NCBI RefSeq assembly: GCF_001194135.2
Contig: NC_068981.1
Coordinates: 154,000,179-154,050,123, forward strand
Origin: Octopus bimaculoides
Lineage: Eukaryota
DNA length: 49,945 nt
Direction of reading: 5' to 3'
The notes beneath the pieces are model-generated. The model did no database searches, was not told where the DNA came from, and worked only from the letters and a program-made list of their open reading frames with translations. Made by a program: the position numbers and the translations under genes. Position 1 is the first letter of the stretch, and the number at the start of each line of letters is the position of its first letter. This document shows, piece by piece, positions 10,748 to 24,300 of the stretch.

Positions 10748-13700
10748 GGAAAAATCCTTTATATATTCCTACCACACTCTAAGAGGTAACTATAGCAATT
10801 CTTACTAATGAATTTGAATAAGATTCATTTACACACAAAATAATTTAAGGTAATATAGAAGACAAACAATGCTAATTGATAAATTTTTATTGAAAAAATC
10901 TCAAAAGTGAGGAGGAGACAAACAGATTTAAATATGAGAAAGAAGAAAAAAAAAAGTACTACAAAAATCCCCAGCTTCCCCCAAATTGTATAAATAGAAC
11001 TATCCCAATCTAGAATGCCATAAAAGATTTCAAATGAAAAGGGATCAACATCTAATTAGTTCCTCTGAATATGACAATTAGCTAGTCACTGATAACAAAA
11101 TCCATGAATTAAAAGTGTCAATGTTTTAGAAAGCTATGTAAGCAATACATCGAATGAAAATATTAAATATAGTTTGTGTAGAGCACTCAATTAGCTTTTA
11201 TCTTGAAAGATTTGTTTTCATTACACATACTTGAGGACCAACTTCTACAACTGTCCCCTCTTTAAAATATACAAAAATCAAGCTACAGATCAGATAGATG
11301 GAACCTTTGCTAGTTATATGTTTTAGAAGTTAATGATAATCTAATAAGATGTCAAATTAGATTCAAAGAAGCTTTTGATTTTGTCAAAGATAGGGACCAA
11401 TGTCAAATGGTCATTGTAAGTATACAACATTTCTTACAAGGACACACAAAAAGTTGTCTAAAGAAGATCTTAGAGAAACATATATATGTATATATATATA
11501 TTGTTGAAACTTAACTTTATATTTCTGCCCTTCTCAACAGTAAAATTGTTCACTAGTTGCTTATAATTTCAAAAAAGTTAAAAAGCAGTGGAACAAAGTT
11601 ATTTTTACAGGATAAATTTAGGATGTGGGTTGAAACTTTAACAGCTATGTTACTCCTCAGATAAGGATGCAAAATATCTTAATGGCTAAATCGTTATTGG
11701 TACTTCATAAAATTTAGTTGTAACATCTCTGGCATTCTAGGTAGTCACAGAGGGTGAACTGACATGAGGTATTTCTTACAACACCAATTATGTCACCTAC
11801 AACAACCTGAATAAATTATTCCAAAGTGGGTCTATGAACCAAGTTAAATGAGATAAAAATTTGGGAGATGGGGATAAGTTTTGATAAACTATTTTACGAC
11901 AAATAACCCTACTATTTTAAAATCAAAAGTATAGTTATGACAAAACTATGTTACATTACTGCTTAATATCAATTACAATGACATTATACAATCTACCATC
12001 ACCTATTGATGCAAATATTTATCAACTGAAAACACTTAAACCATCAAATTATATGATGTTCTATCAAGATATTAACATGTATTTTAAAGTAATTTAGAAA
12101 ATTGTTACTCTGTTTATCTCCAAACATTTCAAAATTATACATACATATGCACTTGTGCGAAAAAAGGAAAAAAATACTTAGAAAAATGATAATAAAAAAA
12201 ATAAGCATATATTAGCTGGAAAATAAGCTGCCAGTAGTTGATGTAAATAAGGTCTTTTTGCAGAAATTAGTAATGCTACCTCTTTCATTCCATAGCAGCT
12301 GTTTGTGATAACTTCACAAATACAGTAATTTATATAGAATAAAAAAAGTAGAAATTGAAGTAAAAAATTTAAATACACCTTATTTCATCAATGTGAGAAA
12401 CAAATAAAAAAATTGAAAATGTAAAGCTACATAGAAATATTTTTTCTTTTTTTAACAGCTAATACAAAGAGAGACAGTTATCTGTAAAAAATATTAATTT
12501 TAATAAATACATTGCATTTAAATAATTAAATGGCACATTAGAATATCACAGCTTTCAAGCTTCAGCCAGTGCTTCAGGAATAATTTCTAATATAACAAGA
12601 AATAGCAAAATAATTAAATTAACATGAAAGACAATTGCCCACCAGTGTTTTTACATGAAATGATCTTAGAATGAATTTTTTTAAAGAGGAAGTTTACCAG
12701 CAAAACAAATTTATGCCATCCCAGAGTACCAGTAAACTAGGTTTGAATAATAATTGTGATTTGCAAAATTAACAATATAAAACTGCCATTCTAAGATAAC
12801 AAATGTTAAGTCACAGCCAGACCAATTTATTCATTATCAAATGATATTTAAATCTGTGTTTAACAAAAAAAAAAAAAAAACCCACACATACGTAATATAA
12901 ATTTTTGAAGGGCTTATCAAAATCACTAAATTTACATGTTTATAATGAACTTCAAAGTGTCTTGGCAATAGAACCTGAAGATGCAATAAATGAAGTAAAT
13001 AAGAAAATGCTTAAAAGCATGAAAATGAGAGGAGTGGACGAAAAATTTTGATTAGAAAATAATTGTTTAATATATTTTCAGGGGAAACAAAAGTGACAAG
13101 AAAAAATTGAAAATATTCTACAAAAATATCAAGCATATTTTCCTTTCTGTTTTATCATGCAAAATGTGAAGCCAACTGAAACTTTTAATCCAAACATAAC
13201 TTGTATCAACAACGCTTGTTAAAGTAATCAAATTATTTCTCTATGGAATTTGTCACAGAATGAAAAGAATGTAATAATGAGGATAATAGTTTTAAGATTC
13301 TAACATTAGTAAGTTAACAATAAATCAAAGTCTGTGTTACAAATTTTCAAAAACATACTATGTAATACTTTGTGCTAAAATAAAATCTATAGTTTTAACT
13401 GAAATGTTTCAACATATTCTGTACATTAATAGAGAACATAGAAGCATAAAATTAACAGATAAATACCATGATTTGATTTAATTGATGTATCTATTTTAAA
13501 ATTGCAAAAATGAAAATAATATTCCTAAAATGAAAAATTAAATTCTTTTGCTTCAAGCAAAAAATTTACTCAAATAAGTTTGTCATTGTTACTTTTCTGC
13601 ACATTCTCAGTCGGTAATGATCCCCACTCATTTGGTTTTCTATCAACTGTTTTGCTGTTCAGGTTTTTATTGCAACTCCAAAATATTATCTATTACAGGT

Positions 13701-13943
13701 AGGTTTAGCATATATTGGAAAACCTTAAACATTCTAGAACCTATAAAAAAAAAAACAAAAAAAAAAAGTAACAATCAGGTATTATGAAAATATGTTTGGA
13801 GTTTTGTAAATCTAATAACAAATAATCCCATTGTTTATATATTTAAATTTCAGTGTGGAAAAAAAATTAAACTACAACATTTCATTGGCTAACTATAAAA
13901 ACTGCTTGGGTAATTGACAAATACCCAAGATAAAAACACATAC

Positions 13944-13989
<46 letters not shown>
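13944..13989. repeat. (TAG/CTA)n microsatellite, ~15 units, just 3' of the TDRD5 stop
   Basis: Seen directly. Confidence 0.97.
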
Positions 13990-13993
13990 AACA

Positions 13994-14470
13994 TTAAACA
14001 TGGCCATTTTTGGTGCTGTTTGCATTGCTTGAAGCAGGTATGGAAGTCAGTGGAGAGGGACTCCTGAAGGGCACATGTTTGGGAGATAGAGATGGACTGG
14101 TAGAGTTAAATGTTCTAGTAGACAAGCAGTTAGCTGATTGAGTCACACCCAGCAAACCTGTGCCATACCCTACTGAGGAAGTAGAAGCAATCTGCTCTCG
14201 CAGTAAAGGATACAAACCAGGTAACAGTAAAGGTGAAAGCTTGTTAGAATTATTTCTTGCTGTCGGGCTGCAGCTCAGTTTATAGGGTCTTTCTGAAAGT
14301 TGGGAGGAATTGTTGCTAAAAGGATGTCCACTAGGATATGAATTCTGACCAATAGCAAGAAAGTGTTCATTGGATGCTACTGCTGCTCCAGAAGCAGCAA
14401 ACATAGCAGCATACTGGGAGTCTAACATCTGATTGAGAATTTTTGGAGTCAAAGGAACATTTTCAGGAAC
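13994..14470 (-). CDS. TDRD5: TDRD5 terminal coding exon (VPENVPLTPKILNQML...KNGHV*)
   Basis: tttctag acceptor, 477 nt open to TAA. Confidence 0.87.
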   Translation of the reverse strand, partial: VPENVPLTPKILNQMLDSQYAAMFAASGAAVASNEHFLAIGQNSYPSGHPFSNNSSQLSERPYKLSCSPTARNNSNKLSPLLLPGLYPLLREQIASTSSVGYGTGLLGVTQSANCLSTRTFNSTSPSLSPKHVPFRSPSPLTSIPASSNANSTKNGHV

Positions 14471-17400
14471 CTAGAAAACAAGAAGAAATTCCAATTTGAA
14501 AACAGAATTAGATGTTAATACAACGCTTACTATAAAAGGTAAAAATAATTAAAATTATATGCATCTTTTTAAAAAATATCTTTAATTTTCATCTTTCTAC
14601 AATCAATAAATTCACATAATATATTGGAATTTGAGAACATGTTGGTGGAATTAGAAACAAATTGACATTTCAATTTTATGCCCACTTTTTCCATGCTGGC
14701 ATGGGATCAATGAAACATCTATTCTTTTAGCCAGATGTCCTTCCTGTCTCCAAGAAAGATACTTTATTTCACATCAAACTATTGCTGTACATTTTGTTTA
14801 CAGGCAACATTAATGCTAATGTGAAGAATAAACACACATTTATATTCATTTGTTCATTTCTTATATCCTTTTTCATTACTAGCAGGAGTTATATGAGCAT
14901 ATTATTGTAGCATTGTTTCACAGCCAAATGATTTTCATGTAAGGATCTCTAATTTTACACATCTTCAAAATTGCAAATCCAGCAGACAATTCGTTGACAG
15001 GGGAAAGGATAACAGCATCACTGCTTGTAGCTCACAATATTCAGAAAATATATAAACAAATGCACGTGCATACACAGTTTGCATCTATAGTTTCACTGAG
15101 AAGGCATCAGTCAGTCTAAGGCTATAGTAGAAGACACTTGCCCAAGATGATATGCAGTGAGATGGAAACCGAAATTTTGTGGTTACAGAGACAACTTCTT
15201 AGCCATACAATCATGAGTGTGCCTCAATGCTTTATAGTATTTAGTCTTGTGTTGTCTTAGTACTGAATTCTAATACAGCTAGAGTAAAATAAGTACTCAC
15301 AGAATGGTCAATTAAATGGAATGTAATGCTCTTACAAAATGCGTCTTTTGTAAACGATTGAAATGAAAATACTTAAACCACTACAAAGCTCAAGGGAAGT
15401 CCACAAAGTACTGCTTTCACACTTGGGACAGTTGCTACTGCTGACCCTACCCTAAGCTACATCCAAAAAAAGTCTACTTGGCTGATTGGCATGAAGTTGC
15501 TCACAGACACACTCTGAACACTGGCCCATAGATATGCTGTCTCTTCTCATTGCCTTTTCTACTGCTACATCAGCAACTTTTGCTTCTCAGAGCTGGCTGG
15601 TCTCCAGTTACCTTCACTCAGGCACGTTGCTGGTGTGTTTACGTCCCCGTAACTTAGCGGTTCGGCAAAAGAGACGGATAGAATAAGTACTAGGCTTACA
15701 AAGAATAAGTCCTGGGGTCGATTTGCTCGACTAAAGGTGGTGTTCCAGCATGGCCACAGTCAAATGACTGAAACAAGTAAAGGAGTAGATGGGCTTAATA
15801 TGAAGACAATGGTCAGTAGAGACCTGAATATAGATACAATCTTCACCACTACCACCATCATAATTTTTACATCTGTCCTTCCATACTTGCATGAGTTGGG
15901 CAGGTCCTCCTCAGCACATCACCTTGTCACAAGTCATAGCTCTTTGTCATTTCCTCCATAAGATCCAGCCTCCTGAGATAAGTCTTTGATACTTTGTTAT
16001 AAATCTTGTCCCTGCCCTTCCTCAGACAGGCTCTATCTACATGGAGTACTCAGTGTTCCACTCACTATTCAACTGGTATCCTCCACACACATCACATATC
16101 TACATCAGCACAGTCTTCTTTATTGCACACTAACTTCGATTATATCTGAGTTTTCCCCTTAGTTTATTCATCACATTAACATTACACATAGACAAATATG
16201 CTTTAATGAGTAGGACTTCAGGTTTGTAAGTAGTAAGCAGTCTAGTATAAAATTCATTAACGTTTATGTTGCTAGCTTCTAAATCAAATAATGTCTGCTG
16301 AAGTTTTCTAAGTAAAGATAAGAAATACTATATTTACTATTGTTACAATCAACTTGTTTATGCTTCTGAGAAACAGTATGGCAGTCTATGTAATTGTTCT
16401 ACCTGCTAAAAATAGCAGCCAAACCATCCTCACATCTCACCCACCCCCCATCTTGAAAAAAAAACGAACGGACATATTAGATAATATAGTCTTACATTAT
16501 AAACCCTAAAAAGACATAATGGTCATAACTGGAATGCCTTTTGTCAAATGTCTGCTTGATCAGGGCTGACCTTGGGCTACACTACAACCACTTGCTGAAT
16601 TATTAGGAAATCGGCCTCCTAGGTAACAATTCTATATTATTCCAAGCAATCTACAGTAATTCAAGCAAAGGTTGTTATCAATGTTTTTTTGCAGCAATAA
16701 TTAAATACTATGGTAAGGGTACAGCTAACTTAATATTCTTTTCTACTCTAGGCCTGAGGCCGGAAATTTTTGGGGAGCTAGTTGATTAGATCAACCCCAG
16801 TATGTAACTGGTACTTAATTTATCGACCCTGAAAGAATGAAAGGTGAAGTCGACCTCAGTGGAATTTGAACTCAGAACATAGACACAGATGAAATACCAC
16901 TAAGCATTTCGCCTGGCATTCTAATGATTCTGCCAGCTTGCTGCCTTACAGTTATATCTACACCCTTACAAGAAGAAGAACACTTTGGATACTGTAATCC
17001 TAGATATACTGTCTGAAATTAAAATGGAACAGTCACAGCTTGAATGAATTTAACTAAGGGTTAAACAATCACCACCAAATTCCATGAAATACAACAGTAG
17101 GAATAACACAGGAGTGTTTAAGTACAGAGGAGCCAATATCAATACAAACCCACAAGACATGTTGAATTCAGTATTAGAGATTAAACTATTTGCCAATTTT
17201 AGGGAAGCTGCTCTCATTGGCATATTTATCCTACAAAGTGATATTCATTTTCAGCTAGTTGTACTGGTATATTAAAGAATTACATTGGCCATATACATAA
17301 ATGTAAAACATGAACTGGGAGAGAGGGGGAAGAGAGAAGAGGATATATGAAGATGAATGCAATGAAAATTAACCCTTTAGTATTTAAACCGGCCATATCC

Positions 17401-20400
17401 GACCCTAACATTCTACCTGTTTTATGTTCAAAGTGGCCAGATTCAGGCTCTTGCACATATCCATTATTGAAATCTCAAAGCTACAAAATAATGCATGATT
17501 AATTCAAAACAATATTAATAAATAAGCAATACAATGGACAGAGAAACCTGAATATTATAAAAGGTTAATGTAAGCAGGAATACAAAGGATAAGGCCAATA
17601 GTCTGAATGGTTCAGGTTATTATTACGCTTAGATGTTATTAATAAATCAAAATCTTAAGAATCCAAATTTCAAAGAATTACTAAAATAGCCACAAGGCCA
17701 CAGATGTTGTGAGAGAACAGTCAATTAGATTGATCCCAGTACTTGTACTTTATTCAGTTGACCTTAGAAGAGTTGAGCGGCAAAACAGACTTGGAATGAA
17801 GGAAGAAAAATCAAGTCAATCTGGATGAAAGGAAAACAAAGTCAAACCTGGAAGAATCAAAGTTAAAGCCAACACTGGAAGAACAAACAGTCAAATGAGA
17901 TTTGAACTCAGAACATAATGAGATATAACTAAATAACGCTCTACTGATTCTGTCCATCTGCCACTCTTAGAATGACAAAAATAATAAAAATATCTGAACT
18001 GTTTCCAGCTGATGATAACATTCATGGCAATTAAAGGCATTACTTTTTCTCAATAGAAACAATGGTATCAAGAAGTTTCAGCTAAAAAGAAATGCATATA
18101 CTGTATTCGATGGCTTATAAGATGCACTATTTTCTTTAAAAGTCTCAAAAAATTCACTCTGGGTCCTATATATGAAATCAGGTCTATATCACCTGCTTGA
18201 ATGCACTAAAATCTTTTTTCCTAAATATGTGCTGTTGAAATTGGGGTACATCTAATATGTTTGTGCATCTTTCATGCCATCAAATACTGTAGTATGTAAA
18301 ATACAATAAAACAAATATTCAGAATTCCATTGAATCTATTTGTATAGAAAAGGAATAAAAATAGTAAACATGGTTAAATGCATTATGTTCATGGCCTAAT
18401 GAAATTTGAGAGGCTCCAAAGAAATTTAATGCCTTGCCTTTCTAAACAACTTTACTATAAAAGTAGAGCTAATGATGAACATAATATCAAAATAATGTTA
18501 AAAAGAATTCATGTTTACCGGAGACGAACTGGGTGAACGAGATGTTGATCGTGTATCTCTTGGAGAAAGACCCAGACTACTTGATGGGGAGCCACTGTGG
18601 TTAGACTGGCTTTGGTGGTATGGTGAATGGGATCTTCCTGCAAATAGTAATGATTTTTAACATTGGCACAGGGCCACACATTTTGGGAAAAAGAGTTGTA
18701 GTCAGTATATTTGGGCCTCCAGTCCATGAATGGTACTTATTTTTATCAACCCTGCATGGATTTTTAACACAGGATGAACCAAACTAAACACCACAAGGTA
18801 ATTAGTCTAGCTTATCATTAAATTTTTTACTCTACAAATAATATGAGTTTTAAATAAGGACACAAGGTCAAAAATGTGGTAGGGAGGCAACTGAGCTGAT
18901 TTACTCAAATTCAAATATATGACTAGAACTTCTTTACTTTATCCCAGAGAGATGAAAGGAAAGGTCAACTTCGGCAAGATGTGAGCTCACAACGTGATAG
19001 GACATAGGTAAAGACTAAGAGAGTAAAATCTAGCACTATGTTTCTGCTGACCCAAAATATAATTGATTGAATTAGCCATAACATCTTACTGGTAGGATGA
19101 AAGGTAAATTCAACTCAAAGATTTGAACTTGAAAGTGAAATATCAATAAAAACTATAAGGAACCTCAACATTGCTATCTACATAATTTGTTGTTGTTGAA
19201 CCCTAGGTCAGCCCTGATCAAGGAAATCTATGAGCAAAAATGTTCTAGTAGTGACAATTCAATTAATTTCAGGCAGTGAATCTAAGACCTATTATCCTTT
19301 TCTTATAAAGATGATATGAAGGAAATTTGGCAGCTATTATGAGCTAAGAAACAACCATATTGAGGCTTTTTCATCAGCCCCACTAAACCTATCGTTAAAT
19401 TGTTTTGTAAAATGATGGTTATAGGTATGAATGTAAATCTACAACCCAAAGACAAAGGTTGTAGGCTTTATTGGGTTTCTGTAGATATTTTCTTTCTCAG
19501 TATCTTTAAATGAGGCAGTCATGCCAAGCTGACAGATATTCCAGATGTTCACAAATGTACATGACAAGTTCCTTATCAAGTTTTTCTTTTCCTTACATGA
19601 TACTTGTTAGATCTATGCCTGCTGGAGCCAAATGGAGTTTCATTGGGGCTGATTTTCTATGGCCAGATACCCTTCCTGCTGCCTCAATTGTCTCTAAGCA
19701 AGGTAACATTGTCCCATGGTCAGACATGGTTTTTGCAGAATAATGGAAATGAATGACACTGCTTGTATGAAAGTGATACTCATTTACAACAGACATGCTA
19801 AGTCAAAATAAAGAGATACAAACATACATATATATACTGATTGCTCCACCTTTACAGATGATTGCTATCTCCTTGTACTTCCTCATTGCCAATGGAGCTT
19901 CTATCCATAACCTCACAGATGACTATTCAGAACTGCATAGTTTGAAGTATAGGCGACAGATGAAATTAACTTACTGTGTGCTTCCAACAGGTTAGGTCAG
20001 CGCATGTCATCACTCTTCCATTACTAGAGAACGTTCAGTAGATGGACTTCTTAACCACATAGCTATGCCTGTGCTTCTAAGTTATGAGAGGTCAAAAAGT
20101 TTGATCCATAGACAATTTTAAAATTCTATGACCCCTTAAGATATCAACAACTTCTTGTTAATTAAGATTGAAATGATTTGTAATAAATGAAAACTGTGTC
20201 AAGCATTAACAGCAATGGAAATTATTAAGTGAATTAATGTTGTTTGGTACCAGGTCAATTACAATTGAGTTGATTTATGACATTCAGTATTCCGGCCATG
20301 ACCATCTTGTTTCTTTTTTTCAAACGTTATTATCTAATGTGTTCTTTCTTTTAACCCTTTAGCATTTAAACTGACTGTACCTGGCTAAAATATTCTACTC

Positions 20401-21298
20401 GTTTTATCTTCTAACTAGCCAAATCAGGCCTCTTACACATACATCACAATGTCATTCTAAAAATAAGCAATCACATCATCGAAATCTCAAAGTCACAAGG
20501 TAATGCATAATTAGAGTAAAACAATGTGAATAAATAAGCATAACAGTTAATAGAATAATCTGTATGCTAAACATTTAAATAAAGATAGTGAAAAATAAAT
20601 TGAAGATTTGTAGCAACTAATTTTAGTAGATCATGTATTCACGTGGACGTTCCCTCATTAGTTTATTGGTGATACATTTTTAATTACTAGTTGAAACCAT
20701 TTCATTTCATACATTCCATATTCATGCATTTCTTGAGAGAAATGCATGAATACCACAATACACTTCTGACCTTAAGATTCATAAAACAATAAAAATTTAA
20801 AAAGTATGACATTGCAGTTTCAAGACAATAAAAGAATTCAAAAAGAAAAAAAAAAAAANNNNNNNNNNAAAAAAAAAAAAAAAAAAAGCCCCCAAAACAG
20901 CAATGTAAATAAGAAAAATGAAAATGTGTTTGCAGAAGAATAATGACTAGTACAGGAAGATAGAGAAGAGAGTTACCAGGTGGGTCACGGTTTTCAACAG
21001 TGGGACTGAGTTTAATTAGTAGTTCATTCAACTTCTGCAATTTATCTTCAACATCTTCTAATTCTTTTACACAGTTTTCATAATCACTGGGATCTTTCAT
21101 TAATCTGTTTAAAATTCGTTGTCTGAAAAGGAAATAAAGGAAGAGAACCACTTAGGTTTTATATTTATACATACATATATACATATATATATAGCAATAA
21201 GAAAATGGAGGGGAATAGGTGGTATTCATCAACTTGCAGACATTGTATTGTGTCAATTTACTTGTTTATTTGTTTACTAAAAGAACAATAACAATATT

Positions 21299-21382
<84 letters not shown>

Positions 21383-24300
21383 CATATATACAAACTTATG
21401 TATATATACACATATTTATACACACACGCATACATAATTTTGTATTGTGATTTTGTACTTTGATTATTTACTTACAACCAAAAAGGTTAGCTCTAAGAAA
21501 GGCATCTGGCTGTGAAACTATACCCCAAATGACATTTGTCTAACCCATGCTAGCATGGAAAAAAGATGTAAAATGAATGATATATATATATATAATAAAT
21601 TTATCAGGGGAAAAATTCTACTTGGGCATATAGGAAAAAAGGTTTACCTTTGCTTATGGAAAATAGTCAAATTGTAATTGATGGTCTTCATGTCTTCTCC
21701 TGAAGCACTGGAATGCCGCAGCCAAGGTACAGCCTCGAGAGAGCCAGCTTTAAATTTGATTTCTTGGGAAGGAGAGCTCCATTGTGACCGAAGACTAGGA
21801 GGGGAAGCAGACTTACTCAAATTCAATTGTCCCTTATTTTTGACGGAGAGATGCTGGACTTGATTTGAGAGTTTATTTGTAGGGATGGAGACAGGTGAAG
21901 TACATTTTACCATATTAAGAGTTGAGCTATCAGACACTTTTTTGAGAGAACTCCTTGCACTGTTATTCTACAATAAATTAAGATAAAAATATTAAACCTA
22001 TGTTAAATAGTAGAAGCAAAGATACTGAATTGAAAATCACATTTATTATATATTGCAATTTGTCAACAAGTAATGTTTGTTATAAATTTCCACAGAACAA
22101 CTACTGGTTCACAACCTTTCTGATGATGAGAGTAACAAGGGAATATTGTAAGTTGGTGCAGAACAAATATTGCAAAAGATTGTTTCAAAAACAATTTTTC
22201 AGTTTTCCCACTAAAAGATACACATGTACATATACAAATATATTTTTACCTAAGTTGAGAGCTACAGGAATAACTCCAGGGCTTAGAGTTCCGTACAAAA
22301 AAAAAATATATACAGGGTTTGGACAAAATAATGGAAACACCTAGCATCAAAATTTTGAAATATCTATAAAACTGTCAAAAGCTTATTTTTGTTTTTTGAT
22401 TTATTATTAGTGTTGCTTAATATGTTTTGCTAAACTTGCTGTTTCTTTTCAGATATCATCAGAAAAAGGTAATTAAAATTCATTAAAATGACAGATCTAT
22501 TAGACTTTCAAAGAGGTCAAATTGTTGGTGCTCGTATGGCAGGTGCTAGCCTAATGGAAACAGCTGAAATGTTTGATGTATCAAGAAGTGCTGTCTCTAA
22601 AGTAATGACAGCCTTGAAGAAAGAGGGAAAAACCTCCTCGTCGAAACAAAATTCTGGAAGGAAACCAAAACTTTCACATAGGGGCCGTCGGACTCTTATG
22701 CAAATTGTTAGAAAGGATCACAAAAGTACAGCTCCCAAAATTACTGCAGAGCTTAATGACCATCTCGGGAACCCAGTTTCCACAAAAACTGTTCGCCGGG
22801 AGCTGCACAAAGCCAGAATTCACAGGAGGGCTGCAATCAGAAAATCACTCCTTTCAAAAAGAAATGTTGCAAAGCATTTAGAGTGGAGTAAAAACGTACA
22901 CAATTGGTCCCTAGAGCAGTGGAAGAATGTTATTTTCTCGGATGAGTCATCCTTTACCTTAATTATGACCACAGGCCGAGTATATGTGTGGAGACAGCCA
23001 AAAGAAGCATTTGACGCAGACTGTCTTCTTCCACCTGTTAAACATGGAGAAGGATTTGTGATGATCAGGAGGGGGGGGGCTATATCTTGGAAATCCACCT
23101 GCCCAATGGTTTCCCTTCATGGCAGATTTATTAGTCAAGACTAAGCATTTTGTCTGATCAAATTCATCCTATGGTTGCTGAACTTTTTCCGGAGGGAGAG
23201 GCAATCTTTCAGGATGATAATGCACCAATTCACACAGCTAAAGTTGTTGCTGAATGGCATGAGGAACATTCTAGTGAAGTTGAACATCTTAGCTGGCCAC
23301 CACAGTCCCCAGATCTCAATATTATTGAACATTTATGGTGCATTTTAGAAAAATAAGTAAGGAATCAATATCCCCCCCCCCNNNNNNNNNNNNNNNNNNN
23401 NNNNNNNNNNNNNNNNNNNNNNNNNNNNNNNNNNNNNNNNNNNNNNNNNNNNNNNNNNNNNNNNNNNNNNNNNNNNNNNNNNNNNNNNNNNNNNNNNNNN
23501 NNNNNNNNNNNNNNNNNNNNNNNNNNNNNNNNNNNNNNNNNNNNNNNNNNNNNNNNNNNNNNNNNNNNNNNNNNNNNNNNNNNNNNNNNNNNNNNNNNNN
23601 NNNNNNNNNNNNNNNNNNNNNNNNNNNNNNNNNNNNNNNNNCCCCCATCATCACTGCAAAAACTGGAGACTGCTTTAGCTGAAGAATGGACAAAAATTCC
23701 TTTGGAAACAATTCAAACTTTGTACAAGTCCATAGCTCATAGAATTCAAGCTGTAATTACTGTCAAAGGCAGTCCTACCCCATTTTAAAATAAATTTGCT
23801 TGAAATTTTAAGGTTTTGCCATTCTTTTGTCCAACCCCTGCATGTGTGTGTGTGTGTGTTTGTGTATGTATGTTCAGTCTTAGTGTCACCTACAAATTAA
23901 CTATATTAGTCATAACTTTTTCCTTCAGCATTACCAAGAAAGATTTAAGTATTTATTAACCTCCTTCTAATGTTATCTGAATATTAAAAGTGTAAATCTT
24001 TGCTACTAATTTTTGTGTTTAAAATAATTAAACAAGTTCAAAACCGTAAGTTCAAGACTTCAAACATCTTTATAACTGTATCTCATTGCTTACTTTTATC
24101 TAAACAGTACATCGAGAACATGTGTTCAACATCAAATTGTTAGTCACTTTAACTAGACCTGACTATATACAACTGTGCAAAATAATTACAACATTAGCAC
24201 ACACAATAAACCAACCTGATAGATGCAGCTGACAGATGTTGACTGCATATGTTTACATATTAATAATAGAATACTATAAATATAACAGACAATTTTAAAG

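Noticed and set aside
22000-22344. 114-aa ORF
   Set aside because: Intronic AT-rich sequence running into the Tc1 left TIR; no motif.
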